Assembly: GCA_013239625.1 (NCBI GenBank)
Contig: MU053379.1
Coordinates: 4,361,229-4,421,228, forward strand
Length of the DNA: 60,000 bases
From: Lama guanicoe
Taxonomy: Eukaryota
Reading direction: 5' to 3'
Shown here: one piece after another, positions 47,781 to 60,000 of the stretch
Position numbering within the stretch: the stretch's first letter is position 1
Layout of the letters: each line of letters opens with the position of its first letter
Program-made: the position numbers and the translations under genes
Notes under the pieces: generated by a model
Databases searched by the model: none
Told to the model about the DNA's origin: nothing
Seen by the model: only the letters and a program-made list of their open reading frames with translations

Positions 47781-50700
47781 TACATGTCAGTCTTTCAAGC
47801 CAAATCACTCAACCAGGGGATCAACACACAAGCCCCTGGACGTGGGGCGGGGCGGGGCAGGCGGGGGTGTACCTGCGAGGGCACGCGGCACACGGCCAGG
47901 AGCAGCCCGCTCTGAGCGCATCGAGCAGGACGGCCGCCCCAAACAGAGTCACTTCCCAGGATGCTGGGCTGGGTGTCATGGGTGTCAAGATGTGCCAACT
48001 TGATTGCAGGTGGGAGAGCTGTCTGTCTTCCTCCCGCCGTGCAATCAGCAGAGAAGTGAGTCTCTTGAGCATCAGAATGGATGCGTGGCCCCTGAGGCTC
48101 CTGTCCCCCTCCAATTGCAGAGACACTCCCTCCCTGGGAGTCACGACCCACCTCCCGACCCCCGCCAGGCCATGCGTCAAGTTCCCTTCCGCGTCTGGGG
48201 AGGTGCTCAGGTCAACTCCAGTCGCTTCTGTCACCTGCAGCCACGTGAGGGCTTTCGTGTGTACAACGACTCCACGGCTGGGGAACCTGTTTCTGTCATA
48301 AGCCTCTTGCAAACGTATAGACTCGCTGGTTACTCGGCCAGCTGTGCCCTTCTCTTGACCTTGACTTCGGTTTTATCTTTTCTATCCGTGGTGCTTAACA
48401 CAGTGCTGACGCCCGCTGGCATCAGGGAAGTGCTTTCGGTGAGGGAACCATAGACCTACATTCACGCGGAGCAGCGGTAGACAGGAAACCACCCTTCACT
48501 GCGGAGAGCCAACGATTTCCACCCCAAAGTAGGAGTTTCAGTGTTGATTCCACTGCACCGTTTATAAGGCCTTTTCACGTCCTTTGATTACTCGCTTGGC
48601 GGGGGGCAGCCTCCAGGGAGGGGCTTCTTCAGAACCCACAGAGTCGGAGTGGAGGCAGGATTCGGATCCAGCGCCCCAGCCGGTCCCGCATCTGTGTCCA
48701 CGAGGAAACAGAGAGCAGCTCGTGCCGCAGCTCAGCCCCGCGTCCCCGGCGGCCACACCCACCGCAGCCCCTCGGAAGCGGGAGACGCCTGAATGTCAAA
48801 GCTGGCTCAGCTCACCAAAGCTTGGAGAGTTCATTGCCCAAGCCCTCGGGGACTCATATACAAAACTGAAAAGGAAGATGCAGGCTCCCTCCACTTAGGA
48901 TGAGAGAGAACCTATTTTTCAAGGTCAAAAGATTCTATTTCAAGATCTTGCCAGAAAGTTGGCTTATAAACACCCAGACCCTTGTGCTCAAAGCCAAGTT
49001 TCCCTGTTAGACTTTCTGAGTCTGTCACACCACAGGACCGGGCACACCTGGGCTCCGCACCGGGCTGATTTGAGAAGTCATGTCAATAGTTCCTTTTAAC
49101 GTTTGGGCTCCCCCCACTGACCCATCAACCCAGGCGCCCCCACACCTTTCCTTTCCGCCCCCCGGAGTCACGGCCCCCTCTCCGGCTGTCGGGGGTGCGC
49201 GTGTAACCGAACAAGCCCCACCCAAGTGTGGCCGCGGCTCCTGACGACGAGGTCCTCTGACGAAAGGTTGCAGGTGTCTCTGGCCAGAGGTTGCCATGAC
49301 GACACTGAAATAAGGAAAACAACGCTCCCGGCGCACCCGAGCTGTTGACGCGGCAGGTCTCACGCGTGCCAGGATTCCCAAGGCTTTCGGGAAGGTCTGG
49401 AGCCGACTGCCAGCCGTTTGCCCCTTGACTCGCACCCGTTTTCCCAAATGGAGACTCAGGCAGGCACACAGGACCCGTCCCACCCCCGGGAGAGGAGACG
49501 CTGGACAGGGGCTGCCTCTGGGGAGGGTCCCAGGGCGGCACCGGCATCACGGGGGGCCCCGTGCCCCACTGGAACCTTCTGGCTCTGTGTGTATTCCATC
49601 CCCCCAATAAAAAATAAGTAACACTAAAAGAGGTATTTATAATTTTTAGAACAGAATAAGAAAAGACCAAAGAAAGGAGAAACCCAAGCAACTTAGGACC
49701 TGTAAGTCCTGAATGCAGCGTTTCAAACCTGTCTCCTGGCCTGTGAAGACAAGGATGGGGAGGGGACAGCTGGACTCACAGAAAGCCACCTGCACCTTCA
49801 GCCCAGCGCCCCCAGCCTGGGCCGGGCTGCCGGGCTGCCCCGAAATGGCCACAGCCTGTGGGGCTCCTCGGGCATCAGGCAGCACCCACGGTCCCAGCGC
49901 AACCTCCTACTTGGAAGGGAGGAGGGAACCGGGAGCCCGAGTCCCCATGGTGCCGTCCTGGGCACTGCCGGCCCCCAGACACCCTCCCTCAGGGCCAGGC
50001 CGCCCACGGCCCGCCCAGGTCCCGCCTCCCCCAGGCTCTGTCACGGGACGGAGAGGCTCGCCCACCTCCCACGAGGGGCCTGTGTCACGGTGCTGACAAC
50101 AGGCCACGAGGACATAGGAGCCCTTTCCTGGAGCAAAAACGCTGTGTTTTCCTGCTGGGAACTCCAGGCAGAGTAGCGCTCGAAAAGGCCCTAAGCGGGA
50201 GGAGCCGCCAGCAGTGACGCCTGGAGCCACCACGGAAGCAGCCACAGCATCGCTCTCCTGCTGTGGGTGACACCTTCCGGGAGACTGGTTTCTATTTCCC
50301 CCCAGATGTTTCTCCCCCGGTGTCGCTCTCCCGCTCACTCCCCAGGCCTTCTTACGGGGAGGAGCTTGTGGCAGAAGGAGAGAACTTGTCTGCAGGAAAC
50401 GGTTGTCTGCTCTTGCTTCCCTGAGGCCTGAGCACGTTGGGGTCGCAGCTGGAGGCTGGGAGGCCATGTCCCAGGCCAGCCAGGATGTGTGGCTGGAAGG
50501 GAGGCCGGTGGTGCTCACCGGTGCGGAGGGGGAGGCAGGACAGGAGGGGGCTGTGAGGACTCCGGAGAGCCGGACGCCGAGGTCAGGAGTCAGAGGCTGG
50601 GCGCCCTGCCCCCGCTGCCCCCTTTCCCTGAGCTCCTGGTGAGGCCCTGAGGGAGGGGCTCCCTAACGCTGGGGGGGCGTTCCCAGCATTTGCGGGGGCA

Positions 50701-51289
50701 GGGCTTCTGGGCCAGAATGATGCTGATTTGAAGAAACAGAGGTAAATGTGTTTCTTGCACTCCCGAGCACGTGGGCTGCGAGTCCCGCCAGCCCCTCCTG
50801 GCTCCCCGAGAGCTGTTCCAGCACCAGTGTGCCAGCCCTTTACGCTCACGCTGACTGAGAGAAGTGAAGAGGGACGGGAAAAGAGAGAGCCTGTGCGGTG
50901 GGTCCCCTTCCGGCTCTCGGCGCATTTCCGCGTGGGACGTGTCCTCGTTCTCCCCGAAGCCCCCTTCCTCTGGGGGTCCAGACCTCACACTCCCCACGCC
51001 CCATGCTCGGTGCAGCTGAGCACGCGGCAGGCTGGGGAAGATGGGGGCGTGTGCGCTTCGGGGCTTCCTGCCAAAGAGTCTCATCTGCTGGGACCACGTC
51101 CGTCTCATGGAAGAAACGGGGGCTCCAGGTGCTCCCACCGGAGTCAGTGGTAATACATGTGAGTGAGGTGGCCAAGGCTAGTGGGACAGCAGGGAGCCCT
51201 GGGATGGGGACACCTCGGGGGGCCCATGCAGGGCACTCGCAGGAAGGGGAACCCCGAAGTCTCCCACTGACAGACGACCCTAGATAAAC

Positions 51290-51560
51290 AGGCCCCTGTC
51301 GGCGAGGGAGGCGCTGGAGAGGGAAACAGAGTGACACTCGGGGACCAGAGGTCCCCCGCAGCTCCGGGCTGTTCTCAGCAGAAACCCGTCTGGACACTGA
51401 ATAGACTGCTCCACGGTGACACTGGCAGATAAGGGTCCAGACGCCGTCCTCCCGTCCTCCCAGAAGTGACGTGAAGCGGAGGTGAGACAGTAACTGCTTC
51501 CCTTTCTCTGATGGAAGTTCACCGTAAGTTCCAAAAGCGACTTTCCAGAAGTGAGGGCCG
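51290..51560 (+). mobile_element. L1/HAL1 ORF1-region remnant, GC-shifted
   Basis: TTCTCAGCAGAAAC...GAGGTGAGACAGTAAC resembles the L1 ORF1 C-terminal region (DFSxET motif). Confidence 0.4.
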
Positions 51561-53844
51561 CGCGCGGGCTCCTGGCGCGAGCCAGGCTGGGGGCGGGAGG
51601 TGGTCTGGGGCACGGTCACTCTGTCCTTCCGCTTTCCCCCTAACGGGGTAAACGGCCACTGGTTTTCACTTCCCCTTCAGAGGGGTCGTGGCTGGGGAGC
51701 CCCTCCCGGCCCAGAACCCGGCTGGCCACCAGCAGCCCCGCAGAGGGAGGGGTGGGGTCGCTGCCGAGAACGCAGAGCAGGGCCACCCGCCCCACAGGCC
51801 CGGCCACCCCGCCCAGCCAGCCCCCTTCCCCCAGATCGTCACACCCTGCAGGCCGCATACCCACTAAGGTGTGTTTTGTTTAATCTGTGCATCTTTTTTC
51901 TTTTTAAGTAAACTGCCAAATAATTTCTTAAGAAACAGGAATTGTGGTAAATGTGGGAAATCTAGCAAAATGGTGCCCATATTCCCCCAAGCTCACCATC
52001 GAAGAGGGCAAAAGAGCAGCTCCCCTTGGAGATGAGGACCAGCTCCCCAGCTGGCCATGGTCCCCACCGCTCCCTGCTGCCCCACGGTCTTGGGCCGCTT
52101 CACGCACGTGTATCTCTGCTGACTCCTGTGGGGTTTTGCGGCGGCGACCTCTGGGAGATGGAATCAGGGGGCCTTTTGGGACCTAACTGGACACCTCTCC
52201 TGGCAGACCTCCAGCCGCTCTGAGCTGCTGCGGCCTCCTCCTCTCAGGAAGGAGTCGGGACGTCCTCCACTGGGACCTCTCGGGCGGCTGTGAGACTGAC
52301 CGAGATGGTGTGTGTGGTGGGGGGGCGGCGGTTCTGAAGATTCTGGGTAGAAGGTGGGTCTGGAGTGGAGACCCAGCAGCTCCCACCACCCCCGTGTGGA
52401 GCTGTGCCGGGCCTCCTCTTGCAATGACCACTGTCTGCCTTCTCCATGTCACACGCAAAGGGTCTGGGACACACCCAGGGGGGCAAGTGGAAAGCTGGAG
52501 CCTTCCAGGTGGTGCTGGGACAAAAAGAACGGCAAGGACACCTCGTTTGGTGCCCTCGACAGAGTCGAAGCCGGATGGGCGTCGAGCCCACAGCCTCCTC
52601 TGCCGTTTGGGGTCAGAGACTGTGACCCCCTCACCTCGAGCCTTTGATAGCAGCTCCTCCCCCAGCGCCCACCTCGGTCCACGGAAAAGGTCAGCGGAAG
52701 TGGGACCGAGAGGAGAACGGATTTTGCTGGTTTATCTGACGCCTCGGAGAGGATGCGGGGACCCAGCGCCCGGCGGGAGTGGCTCCTGTCTCTGCGGGGG
52801 GAGGCAGGGCTGCCCCTGGACCTGGGATGGCTCAGGCATCCAGACAGGGCCCTGGGCCAGAGGTCAGCTCCTGCCGCCCCTGGACACCCAGAAAGAGTCG
52901 ATCCATTCCCTTCCTCTGATCTGTGGAAAATCCACGTCCTCCTCAAGGTTTCTTTTGCTAATGCCTGCAAATCAGTGTCTCCCCGTCACTTTGACCTTGG
53001 GGTGATCATTTCCCAGTCCGCACTCCACGTCACCGATGCTGGGAGAGAACGCAAGCCTGGACTTCGAGTTCACCAACACACACGTGCACGTGTGCATTTG
53101 CGTCAGGGGCAAACTTGACCGAATGTTTGGGGGAATAAAAGGATTTGCGTGAAGAAAGGCTGACAGCGTAAAATTCCATGGCAGATGGTCCTGACCTGCA
53201 AGGCCCGCACACACGTGGGGCCTGCCGAGCTGCTGTGCTCCCTCCCCGCCTCCCCACCCCCTGGACTTCTCATCCACCCTCTCTGTCCCCTCGCCTCTCA
53301 GGACGAAAACATTTCACATGCAGAGCGGATGAAGCCAGCCCCCACGTGGTGGCCCTGGCTAGCCCGTCCCTCCCTTTCTGGATGATCCCCCCATAACTAA
53401 ATTCAAACTTGGAGCATGAGAAAAAACACCGGGTTTATAGAAACACTTGTTCTAAAAGTCACTGCAAACTTCCAGTTCCGTCCCCGTGGTCTGGCCCTGC
53501 TAATTTCACTCTGTTCCCCCCATGCGCACGTCTGAGCATCCCCAGGGGAAGCCCCGCGGGCCCCCCTCGTCTAGACGCTGAGCCGAGACCGCACAGCAGG
53601 CTGGCCCCCTCGTCCAGCCCCTTGGACCGGACAGTGCTGCCCCTGATGGGGTGCAGCGTGTGACCAGCTGAGAGTCCAGATCGGATCGCCAGGCACAAAG
53701 GCCCCGCGTAAGGAAACTGTGTATGAACGAATCTGAACGCAGCAGCCGTACACACCTTTGCTTAAGCTGCAAAATGACCTCGTTAAACGAATCCCCGATT
53801 CACGTACCTGGGGTCCTCAGCTTCTTCCTAGGAGCGGCTCTGGA

Positions 53845-55369
53845 GGAGGGGGAGACATGAAGGCAACGCCTAGGGTGGCGAGGGCCGGCAGCCGGCCGCG
53901 CACACACTGGACGCCCCGGGGGCAGGGCAGTGGCCAGGCGTGCGGGGCTCCTGCCGCCACAGAGCCTGGGGAGGGCAGTGCACACAGGATTACAGCTGAT
54001 GATCTAGTCCTCAGGCATCCAAGTGAGACAGGATGGGAGGGGCTCCAGCCTACCTGGGAGGCAGGGGAAAGCTGCTCAGACCAAGGAAGACTTCCCTCAT
54101 TGTCAGACGTTGTCAAAGGCCGCTTGTCAGATGAGGTGGGAGCCGGCGGGGAAGGGTGGGCGTGGGGAGGAGCAGCAGCTGGACGCGAGGGCAAGGAAGC
54201 AGCAGGTGTAGGAAGCGTCGTGTCCCAAGGCCCTGCGGCAGGAAGGGCTGGCTTGGTTAGAATGTTGCTCACCCGTGGGCCTGAGACAGAGCTAGCAGGG
54301 GTCGGGGGAGGGGGGAGGTACGGCTCAGGGAGGGGCAGGGTCCCGCAGGTCAGGGTGAGGGGNNNNNNNNNNNNNNNNNNNNNNNNNNNNNNNNNNNNNN
54401 NNNNNNNNNNNNNNNNNNNNNNNNNNNNNNNNNNNNNNNNNNNNNNNNNNNNNNNNNNNNNNNNNNNNNNNNNNNNNNNNNNNNNNNNNNNNNNNNNNNN
54501 NNNNNNNNNNNNNNNNNNNNNNNNNNNNNNNNNNNNNNNNNNNNNNNNNNNNNNNNNNNNNNNNNNNNNNNNNNNNNNNNNNNNNNNNNNNNNNNNNNNN
54601 NNNNNNNNNNNNNNNNNNNNNNNNNNNNNNNNNNNNNNNNNNNNNNNNNNNNNNNNNNNNNNNNNNNNNNNNNNNNNNNNNNNNNNNNNNNNNNNNNNNN
54701 NNNNNNNNNNNNNNNNNNNNNNNNNNNNNNNNNNNNNNNNNNNNNNNNNNNNNNNNNNNNNNNNNNNNNNNNNNNNNNNNNNNNNNNNNNNNNNNNNNNN
54801 NNNNNNNNNNNNNNNNNNNNNNNNNNNNNNNNNNNNNNNNNNNNNNNNNNNGGAGGGGGAGACATGAAGGCAACGCCTAGGGTGGCGAGGGCCGGCAGCC
54901 GGCCGCGCACACACTGGACGCCCCGGGGGCAGGGCAGTGGCCAGGCGTGCGGGGCTCCTGCCGCCACAGAGCCTGGGGAGGGCAGTGCACACAGGATTAC
55001 AGCTGATGATCTAGTCCTCAGGCATCCAAGTGAGACAGGATGGGAGGGGCTCCAGCCTACCTGGGAGGCAGGGGAAAGCTGCTCAGACCAAGGAAGACTT
55101 CCCTCATTGTCAGACGTTGTCAAAGGCCGCTTGTCAGATGAGGTGGGAGCCGGCGGGGAAGGGTGGGCGTGGGGAGGAGCAGCAGCTGGACGCGAGGGCA
55201 AGGAAGCAGCAGGTGTAGGAAGCGTCGTGTCCCAAGGCCCTGCGGCAGGAAGGGCTGGCTTGGTTAGAATGTTGCTCACCCGTGGGCCTGAGACAGAGCT
55301 AGCAGGGGTCGGGGGAGGGGGGAGGTACGGCTCAGGGAGGGGCAGGGTCCCGCAGGTCAGGGTGAGGGG
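53845..55369. other. 518-bp segment duplicated either side of a 489-N gap (53845-54362 = 54852-55369); likely false duplication; contains an L2-like remnant
   Basis: Identical sequence at an offset of 1007; identical ORFs at 54023 and 55030. Confidence 0.95.
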
Positions 55370-56959
55370 CAGGATGACACCCGTGGGCCCACGGGGACCT
55401 CAGAGGGCTCTGAGCCCAGGAGTGGCATTTCCTAACCTGGTTTAAAGGAGGATGGCCCTAAAGGGTGAATATTACCACCTGGAGATGTTGTTTCCCATCT
55501 TCAGTTACGACTCTTCTGAAGCTACGTAACGACTGTTTTTTAAATCATGCTTGGTTTGCAACCGTCAATAACCTGGCGCCCGGAGCTCTGGCCAAGGCCT
55601 GAGCAGGTGGAGAGGTAGGAGTGGAGCGCGAGCTGCGCCGGTCCTGCCGCACCAGCCACGCGGGAGCAGCACTGCCCTGTGGCCGTCACTGCGGGGCGCC
55701 CGGAGCACCGCAGGGGCCTGTGGCTGCAGGCCCTGGGGGTGCAGGGAGACCCTCCAGGAGGCCCTCTGGGCCGCTCTCAGAACACAGAGGCCATCCTGGG
55801 CTCTTTCGTCCCCAGGCCTGCAGGCTGTGCTCCTGCCCCGTCCCTGTATCTGACACAGTCCGCCCCTAGACAACCCCTCTGGAATCTTCCCTTTGGCTCT
55901 CTGTCCCCAGGCCTCCGGTGTGTGGCCGGCAGGGAGGGGCTGCCCCGCCAACCACGGCCAACCTGTTGAACCGGCTGCAAAGCAGGGGACGGGCAGATGG
56001 AATACAGACTCGGGGTTAAAGGATTGGCTTTTGTTCAAGGGCTCTTGAAAAGTATTGCCTGTGTCTTTTTTTTTTTTAATCCAGTGATTTGCAACCAAGG
56101 GGTGTTTATTTCAACAAAACTGTCTGGGTACCTTGGTTGCCAGATTCAGAAGGAAAAACTCAGACGAGACTTTATTTAAATCTGCAAAAGGCCCACACTG
56201 CTCACGGCATCCACCTGACAGCAACGAGGAACTTCCCTGTGGCAGCTGAAGAGGCACCTGGGGCGTCACAATCGCTTTCGGAAAGAGGCAGATTTCACCC
56301 AAATACACTTTCTTTAAAAGGAGATGTTATATTTAAAGTCTTGCTGTGAGAAAACACAAGACTTCAGAGCTTCTCTCCATGCCAGCCATCGCAGCCATCA
56401 GATACTCAGGACCAAAGGGCCAAACAGTCATGTCGGCCCAGCCCCGACGCCCTGCTGTCCCGGGGACACCTGGGGAGCAGTCTGAGGGAGTCCTGGTCTC
56501 GGCCGTGGACCACGGCCCCAGCATCGTTCCAGGCTGGTACCCCTGCGGCCGCCCCTGCACATCTCGCCTGGCGCCTCCTTCTCGGACAGAGCGGGACGTC
56601 ACCCCTGTGCTCCCCTGACTGCAGCCTCCCCCACATCAGCGCCGTGGCCGCCGCCCCCAGCACGGCGGCTGCTGGAAGCTGTGTGTATCTTCCCTTCCGA
56701 CATTCGCCACCTCGGGTTCCGATGCTGTCGGACCGTAGTAACAGGACCCACCGCTGCCCTCGGCTCGCTCTACAAGGGGGGAATCAGGTGGGGGGTGAGT
56801 GGCGAGCTTGCAGATGCGGGGCGGACGGGGGAGCAGGGACCACCGACCCAGCCCTGCCACGCCTCGGCCTGGCCCGCTGAGATCCGCACCAGGAACCCCC
56901 AGTGCAGTGCGCGCGGCTTGGCCAGGGGATTTCTTAGACAGCAGGGGTAGCTGGACCCC

Positions 56960-58037
56960 CTCCCTGCCCCCCAGCCCACCCCACAAAATAACCCAGCGGT
57001 CGGAGCCCCCCCAGCCCACCCNNNNNNNNNNNNNNNNNNNNNNNNNNNNNNNNNNNNNNNNNNNNNNNNNNNNNNNNNNNNNNNNNNNNNNNNNNNNNNN
57101 NNNNNNNNNNNNNNNNNNNNNNNNNNNNNNNNNNNNNNNNNNNNNNNNNNNNNNNNNNNNNNNNNNNNNNNNNNNNNNNNNNNNNNNNNNNNNNNNNNNN
57201 NNNNNNNNNNNNNNNNNNNNNNNNNNNNNNNNNNNNNNNNNNNNNNNNNNNNNNNNNNNNNNNNNNNNNNNNNNNNNNNNNNNNNNNNNNNNNNNNNNNN
57301 NNNNNNNNNNNNNNNNNNNNNNNNNNNNNNNNNNNNNNNNNNNNNNNNNNNNNNNNNNNNNNNNNNNNNNNNNNNNNNNNNNNNNNNNNNNNNNNNNNNN
57401 NNNNNNNNNNNNNNNNNNNNNNNNNNNNNNNNNNNNNNNNNNNNNNNNNNNNNNNNNNNNNNNNNNNNNNNNNNNNNNNNNNNNNNNNNNNNNNNNNNNN
57501 NNNNNNNNNNNNNNNNNNNNNNNNNNNNNNNNNNNNNNNNNNNNNNNNNNNNNNNNNNNNNNNNNNNNNNNNNNNNNNNNNNNNNNNNNNNNNNNNNNNN
57601 NNNNNNNNNNNNNNNNNNNNNNNNNNNNNNNNNNNNNNNNNNNNNNNNNNNNNNNNNNNNNNNNNNNNNNNNNNNNNNNNNNNNNNNNNNNNNNNNNNNN
57701 NNNNNNNNNNNNNNNNNNNNNNNNNNNNNNNNNNNNNNNNNNNNNNNNNNNNNNNNNNNNNNNNNNNNNNNNNNNNNNNNNNNNNNNNNNNNNNNNNNNN
57801 NNNNNNNNNNNNNNNNNNNNNNNNNNNNNNNNNNNNNNNNNNNNNNNNNNNNNNNNNNNNNNNNNNNNNNNNNNNNNNNNNNNNNNNNNNNNNNNNNNNN
57901 NNNNNNNNNNNNNNNNNNNNNNNNNNNNNNNNNNNNNNNNNNNNNNNNNNNNNNNNNNNNNNNNNNNNNNNNNNNNNNNNNCCCACCACATAACCCAGCG
58001 GTCGGAGCCCCCCCAGCCCCCCTACCACATAACCCAG
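56960..58037. repeat. C-rich minisatellite of about 40 bp (..ATAACCCAGCGGTCGGAGCCCCCCCAGCCC..) spanning a 960-N gap (57022-57981)
   Basis: The same unit abuts both gap edges. Confidence 0.85.
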
Positions 58038-58261
58038 TGACCAGGACGTAAGTGATCAGAAGAGGATTGTCCCCTTCACGCAGAGAGGAGGAACGCGGTG
58101 GAGCCGGGGGGGCACTGGTTGGATGGCAGCCAGACCCCCTGCAGGTTCTGCCCCGCCCCCCATCCCACACACGAGTTACTGACTGACCCCAGCCCCAGGG
58201 CCGCCTTCTGACCTGTGAGGGGGACTTGCAGCCAAGGGCCTGGTGATGAGAAAAAAGGAGA

Positions 58262-58332
58262 CAGACACACGTGTACATGCACACATACACACATGCATAG
58301 CCGTGCACGCACACACGTGTGCACACGCAGGC
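58262..58332. repeat. Degenerate (CA)n simple repeat
   Basis: ACACACGTGTACATGCACACATACACACATGCA... Confidence 0.7.
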
Positions 58333-58554
58333 GCAGCGTCCAGCACAGCTTCAGGCTGCAGTAAGTGCACAGTCCTCCTGCTTCCAGAAAAACCCTTACC
58401 ACGAGTCTCCTGCTAACAACACCCGTCTCGGATGTATGAAAATTTATTGTTTTAAGTGCCTTTCGGAGGAACAGCCGCCTCTCCCGTGAGCAGCCTGCCC
58501 CTGGCCGAGCCTCTCAGCGACCCCTGCCTCCCCCTAGCCCTGGAGGAGGCTGTC

Positions 58555-58712
58555 TGCAGCCTCGTGAACCCAGTTCAACCCCCCAGGGGCCTTATCAAAG
58601 TACAGGTTCTGAGTCCAAAGTTCCAGGTGGGGCCTGAGGTTCCGCATCTCGGGCGGCTCCCAGCGGGAGGCCAGGCTGCTGCTCTGGGGCCACGTCTGTG
58701 TGCCCTGGGAAA
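58555..58712. mobile_element. MER5A-like hAT MITE
   Basis: CCCCAGGGGCCTTATCAAAGTACAGGTTCTG...GGTGGGGCCTGAGGTTCCGCATCTC...CTCCCAG...GCTGCTGCTCTGGGGCCAC. Confidence 0.6.
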
Positions 58713-60000
58713 CTGCAGGGTCCCCATGAACCCCTGGTCATGCAGGAGCCCCGGCTCGGTTACACGCTCAGCTGTTTGTTTATTCAACAGGTATCTCTTC
58801 AGCAGGTGTCGAGAGGATCTACAACCAGCCCTTTAGTGATCGAAAGATGTCGTTCATATGCCCAGCCTGTAACACAGGATGTGCTCTGCAGCCACCCCAA
58901 CACACGGCCTTCTTTGGAACATGGCCCCAGAGGTCTGGGGAGTTACCACAAACAAGCATTTCTAAGAAACCGTGTTATTTCTAACAACTGGCAAAGTAGT
59001 AACAAATGTAACTCAAACAGAGAGGAATCCGTGAGAGCATCGGGCGCGGCTGGGACCGCCTCCGTGTGGCCTTTAAGACGGGCGGGGGCGCCCGAGTTCA
59101 GGGCTTTGCTGGAGGGAGTTCCGCCCGGCTCACCACCCATTGTCTGGAGGAAAAGTCCAGGAACAGCCCCCACGCCTGGAAGATCCGAGGCTCTGACTTC
59201 ACCCCACGGCCTTCGAGCCCAGAGCCTCCCTCACTGTGCTGTTCACACGCTCGGCCTGCAAGCCCCTCGTCCCGCGGAGGCCTGTGAGCGGGACGTGTTA
59301 TCTGGTAACCGTGCTTGCAGGGGAGGAAGACCTTAAAGTAACAGCCTTATCTCTAGCATTTGGCATCTGCCAAGTATTGTCTCAGCCTTCACGGTAACAA
59401 TGCTGAAATGGCTGGAAGATAATTATCTCCATGACATGCTGGGGTGGCTGGCAGGGCAGGAAACACCAAAGGAAGGTAGCCGGTGCCTCCCAGCGCCCGG
59501 CGGCCTCGCCGCGGCCGGACAGAGGCGCGCACGCAGCAGAAGAGAGGGTGTCCTTCGAGAGCCCGTCTCCGCTGAAGACGCGCGGACGGGCACACGGAGC
59601 AGGCCCGCGCGGCCGGCTGGGAAAATCTGCGCGTCCGGAGCAAGGCGAGCCGGTGGCTTCACCCACGGTCCCACGAGCTACGCTGTGTTCCCTGCCCAGC
59701 CAGCTGCGTGCAGGGACTGGGTCCTGCCGGGTCGGGTTGGTGTGTGTCTCTGGCTCTGAGCCACCGCAGTCCTTCGGGGAAGCGGGCAGGACTCCTCGGG
59801 CCAGCAGGAAGGGAAGAGGACGGCGGAGGAGGTATGAAGACCCAGGATCATCCTGGTCACGTCACTCACTCTGCTCCAGCGTCACGCTTACCACAGAATA
59901 TGGGGGGCGGTTAAGTAAGAAAAGAAATACGCGCCCCCATGACCCCACCAGCCAAAACCGCCGTGACGGCGACTGCTCCAAGTTGTACGAAAGCTGCAAG

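Noticed and set aside
47821..48460. Minus-strand ORF and exon-like segment (..STTDRKDKTEVKVKRRAQLAE*)
   Set aside because: The sequence resembles decayed L2 3'-end (GCACTGTGTTAAGCAC..GGATA) and MLT1 (GCAGGTGACAGAA) fragments; no protein homology recognised.
53758..58326. Long ORFs of 300-500 aa and an apparent 518-bp direct repeat resembling paired LTRs
   Set aside because: The ORFs read through N gaps. The repeat is identical, abuts the gap on both sides and lacks TG...CA ends and a TSD, so it is an assembly overlap.
1..60000. Prokaryotic-type novel system (operon, CRISPR, defence island)
   Set aside because: The DNA is mammalian, repeat-laden and non-coding, with no gene-dense segment or repeat-spacer array.

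Overview
Eukaryotic, not prokaryotic: about 60 kb of very GC/CpG-rich mammalian DNA of subtelomeric type. It is most likely camelid (alpaca/camel), judging from a Vic-1-like tRNA-derived SINE and camelid-type L1 3' ends recognised from memory of the consensus sequences. No protein-coding gene could be identified; the ORF track is almost entirely GC-rich noise, repeat translation or retroelement remnants. The window holds a near-perfect 16-bp minisatellite (103-1013), many decayed interspersed repeats (L1, L2, MIR, MLT1, MER21, MER5A, MER119), two N gaps (54363-54851 and 57022-57981) and three local duplications that are probably assembly artefacts. The most interesting signal is strong, directional AT-to-GC erosion of old repeats. 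It peaks where a CpG island (about 33930-34960) appears to have been built partly out of an originally AT-rich MER119 DNA transposon and an inserted SINE, consistent with GC-biased gene conversion at a recombination hotspot. A few AT-rich islands that resisted this shift and several exon-like segments of unknown genes or lncRNAs are also noted. Repeat family names and boundaries are approximate and need RepeatMasker/Dfam confirmation.
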